A DNA stretch of 8,116 nucleotides. It comes from Verrucomicrobiota bacterium (GTDB lineage: Bacteria; Verrucomicrobiota; Verrucomicrobiia; Chthoniobacterales; UBA6821). Positions 6,248-8,116 of this stretch are shown piece after piece. How positions within the stretch are numbered: position 1 is the first letter of the stretch; the number at the start of each line of letters is the position of its first letter. The notes under the pieces are model-generated. The model was not told where the DNA came from, did not search any database, and saw only the letters and a program-made list of their open reading frames with translations. A program made the position numbers and the translations under genes. The stretch is from contig WBXG01000069.1 in assembly GCA_008932965.1 (NCBI GenBank), forward strand, positions 1-8,116. The letters run 5' to 3'.

Positions 6248-6676
6248 ATGGAAATCTCCTCCCCCATCCCTTTTCAAGTACGTACATCGCTCCGGATTCC
6301 CATGGTCACAGCCAAGGTTGAAGCCGGATTTCCCTCACCAGCAGATGACCATATGGAGCGGTCGATCGATCTTAACGAAGAGTTGATTGGCAATCCTGCA
6401 GCAACTTTCTTTGTGCGGGTCAGTGGAGATTCTATGAGGGATGCCAATATCCATTCTGGAGATATTCTGGTGATTGATCGCTCTCTCACCCCTAAGGATC
6501 GTCAGATTGTTGTGGCGATGATTGATGGGGAGTTTACGGTGAAACGGTTTCGGAGAACAAAAGACCGTATCTTCCTTGAAGCAGAAAACCCAGCTTTCCA
6601 TCCTATCGAGGTAGGAGAAAATCAGGAGCTCACTATTTGGGGAGCTGTTACCTTTGTGATTCATCGGGCTAAGTAA
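6248..6676 (+). CDS. umuD: UmuD-like S24 peptidase, the translesion polymerase V accessory subunit
   Basis: 142 aa counted from ATG 6248. It is collinear with E. coli UmuD: VEAGFPSPADDHMERSIDLNEELIGNPAATFFVRVSGDSMRD...GDILVIDRSL...IDGEFTVKRF. The Ala26-Gly27 self-cleavage site and the Ser62 (GDSM)/Lys99 (FTVK) dyad are present, and there is no N-terminal HTH. The upstream part of the track ORF (6122-6247) overlaps the tRNA and is rejected. Confidence 0.85.
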   Translation: MEISSPIPFQVRTSLRIPMVTAKVEAGFPSPADDHMERSIDLNEELIGNPAATFFVRVSGDSMRDANIHSGDILVIDRSLTPKDRQIVVAMIDGEFTVKRFRRTKDRIFLEAENPAFHPIEVGENQELTIWGAVTFVIHRAK

Positions 6677-6678
6677 CC

Positions 6679-7962
6679 ATGAGTACACATCGTTTTGCTC
6701 TTGTGGATTGCAATAACTTTTTCTGCTCCTGCGAGAGAGTCTTTAACCCACGACTTCATAAGGCTCCTATCGTTGTTTTGAGTAATAACGATGGATGTAT
6801 TATCTCGCGTAGCCAAGAAGCGAAAAATCTAGGGATTCCAATGGGGGCCCCTCTTCATGAGCAGCAGGAAGTGATTCAAAAAAATAGAGTGCATGTCTTG
6901 AGTTCTAACTACACCCTCTATGGTGATATGTCTGCTCGGGTGATGTCGATTTTACGAGAGGAGGTCTCAGCAGTTGAAGTCTACTCGATTGATGAAGCAT
7001 TCCTGGAGCTTCCTGAAAAATTTGATGAAAAGGCTGCCAGCAATCTTCGAGCAAAGGTGTTACGATGGACTGGCATCCCTGTCTGCATAGGCATGGGAAC
7101 TACAAAGCTCCTTGCGAAATTCTCTAATCACTATGCAAAGAAAAATCCCTGTTTTGGTGGTATTGTTGAATTAGAAAATCATCCCTTTTTCAATGATATC
7201 ATGGCTTCTACTCGCACAGGTGATCTATGGGGAGTAGGAAAAAATCTTGAACGAAGGCTCCAACATCTTGGGATTACAACAGTCTTAGAGTTCAAAAATG
7301 CCAATCCTGCTTCTATTAGAAAGGAGTTGGGGGTCGTAGGAGAAAGACTTCTTCGAGAGTTAAATGGAATCTCCTGTATGAGTTTAGAAGAGATACCTCC
7401 AGCTCGCAAGGGAGTCATGGCTTCTAGATCTTTTGGGAGTTCTGTAGAGTCTCTCGAGGAGCTTGAAGAGGCTCTTGCCAACCATGTGGCTCGTGCTTCT
7501 GAAAAAATTCGGCGCTTCGGACTACTGGCATCGCACCTTCAAGTCTCTCTTCAGACCAATCGTTTTAAAAAAGAAGAACCACAGTATGCTCCTACAATAG
7601 AACATGCTCTCCTTACTCCTACGGCTTCCACTTCCCAATTAATGAATGTTGCACGGAGGATGCTTAGCTCGATCTACCGCTCAGGATACCGCTACAAGAA
7701 AACGGGAATTTTTCTTGGAGGATTAGTTTCTGAGGATTCCTTTCAACCGAGCCTTTTTGATATTCCAGTCACAAATCCAAGGGGTGATATTGATAAAATT
7801 TGTGATGCGATCAACAAGAAGCTAGGAGATCCCAAGAACCCAATGATTACACGTGCTTCCCAGGGAACTAAACAATCCAGTAAAGGATGGAAAATGAGAT
7901 CTCAAAGGCGTTCCCCTCGCTACACAACCGATTGGAGAGAACTTCCCATAGCAAGAATCTAG
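6679..7962 (+). CDS. umuC: Y-family DNA polymerase, UmuC (Pol V catalytic subunit)
   Basis: 427-aa ORF whose ATG lies 2 nt after the umuD stop. FALVDCNNFFCSCERVFNPRL..APIVVLSNNDGCIISRSQEAKNLGIPMGAP matches the UmuC N-terminus (catalytic Asp). SIDEAFL provides the catalytic Asp-Glu, and LWGVGK is present. The C-terminal SPRYTTDWRELP motif is typical of full-length UmuC/MucB proteins. Confidence 0.9.
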   Translation: MSTHRFALVDCNNFFCSCERVFNPRLHKAPIVVLSNNDGCIISRSQEAKNLGIPMGAPLHEQQEVIQKNRVHVLSSNYTLYGDMSARVMSILREEVSAVEVYSIDEAFLELPEKFDEKAASNLRAKVLRWTGIPVCIGMGTTKLLAKFSNHYAKKNPCFGGIVELENHPFFNDIMASTRTGDLWGVGKNLERRLQHLGITTVLEFKNANPASIRKELGVVGERLLRELNGISCMSLEEIPPARKGVMASRSFGSSVESLEELEEALANHVARASEKIRRFGLLASHLQVSLQTNRFKKEEPQYAPTIEHALLTPTASTSQLMNVARRMLSSIYRSGYRYKKTGIFLGGLVSEDSFQPSLFDIPVTNPRGDIDKICDAINKKLGDPKNPMITRASQGTKQSSKGWKMRSQRRSPRYTTDWRELPIARI

Positions 7963-8116
7963 CCCGCATATTTCACACTAAATCTATTACGGCTTGTGGA
8001 AAGCTTATCATCACTGCGTTGGTCTCGAATTGTGATTTGGGCAGTATGAAACATACAGCCCGGCATCCCAATCCTTCGTCCGCCTTGTACTAATAAGCTT
8101 TGCACGGCGCCTCATA
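7959..8116 (+). mobile_element. Partial copy D of the MITE-like repeat family, B subfamily; the right ~27-30 nt lie outside the window
   Basis: The core begins CCCGCATATTTCACACT at 7963, directly after the umuC stop TAG (7960-7962); the flanking tetranucleotide is CTAG (7959-7962). It aligns gap-free to B 2250-2403 at about 82% identity. The central hairpin is GGGCAGTATG-aaa-CATACAGCCC (8039-8061). Confidence 0.7.

Noticed and set aside
6107-7962. umuDC as cargo of a tRNA-targeting integrative island
   Set aside because: There is no integrase or recombinase gene in the window. I could find no direct repeat of the tRNA-Ala 3' end downstream of umuC. Only the MITE-like copies flank the module.
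1-8116. The four repeats considered as a CRISPR array or as rRNA/other structured RNA gene fragments
   Set aside because: The repeats are 160-190 bp long and kilobases apart, with whole genes between them. They have terminal inverted repeats and diverged interiors. None of this fits CRISPR. The GC-rich copy A shares its terminal repeat with the other copies and aligns with C over most of its interior, so it belongs to the family rather than being the end of an RNA gene.

Overview
Bacterial chromosomal window, roughly mid-40s %GC by eye. The taxon cannot be assigned without a database search. It holds eight credible protein genes and one tRNA. These are an rlmI-like rRNA m5C methyltransferase (+), a divergent GT2-like glycosyltransferase (-), two small tail-anchored coiled-coil proteins (+), and a tightly packed pyrD-bioF pair (+). 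They are followed by tRNA-Ala(GGC) and a umuD-umuC (Pol V-type translesion polymerase) pair (+). The gene content is mostly housekeeping. The gene list does not explain a family of ~160-190 bp intergenic repeats with conserved ~17-21 nt terminal inverted repeats (core CCCGSATATTTCAYACT). The family occurs four times in 8.1 kb: 1-116 (cut by the window edge), 2246-2431, 5949-6106 and 7959->8116 (cut by the window edge). The copies fall into two subfamilies whose interiors have diverged strongly while the termini stay conserved. Each copy has a hairpin at its centre whose stem sequence differs between subfamilies but still pairs. Their flanking tetranucleotides all fit YTAR. One copy ends on the base before tRNA-Ala position 1, one starts on the umuC stop codon, and one nearly fills a divergent promoter region. 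I read this as a MITE/Correia/ERIC-like non-autonomous element family, possibly also acting as structured RNA or promoter modules; whether it is already described cannot be checked here. Secondary observations: the tRNA-umuDC module is bracketed by two same-orientation copies. umuD has a near-leaderless promoter candidate with no recognisable SOS box. No gene has a Shine-Dalgarno sequence. A8 tracts lie in and upstream of the glycosyltransferase gene. All homology statements come from recalled family motifs, not from searches.
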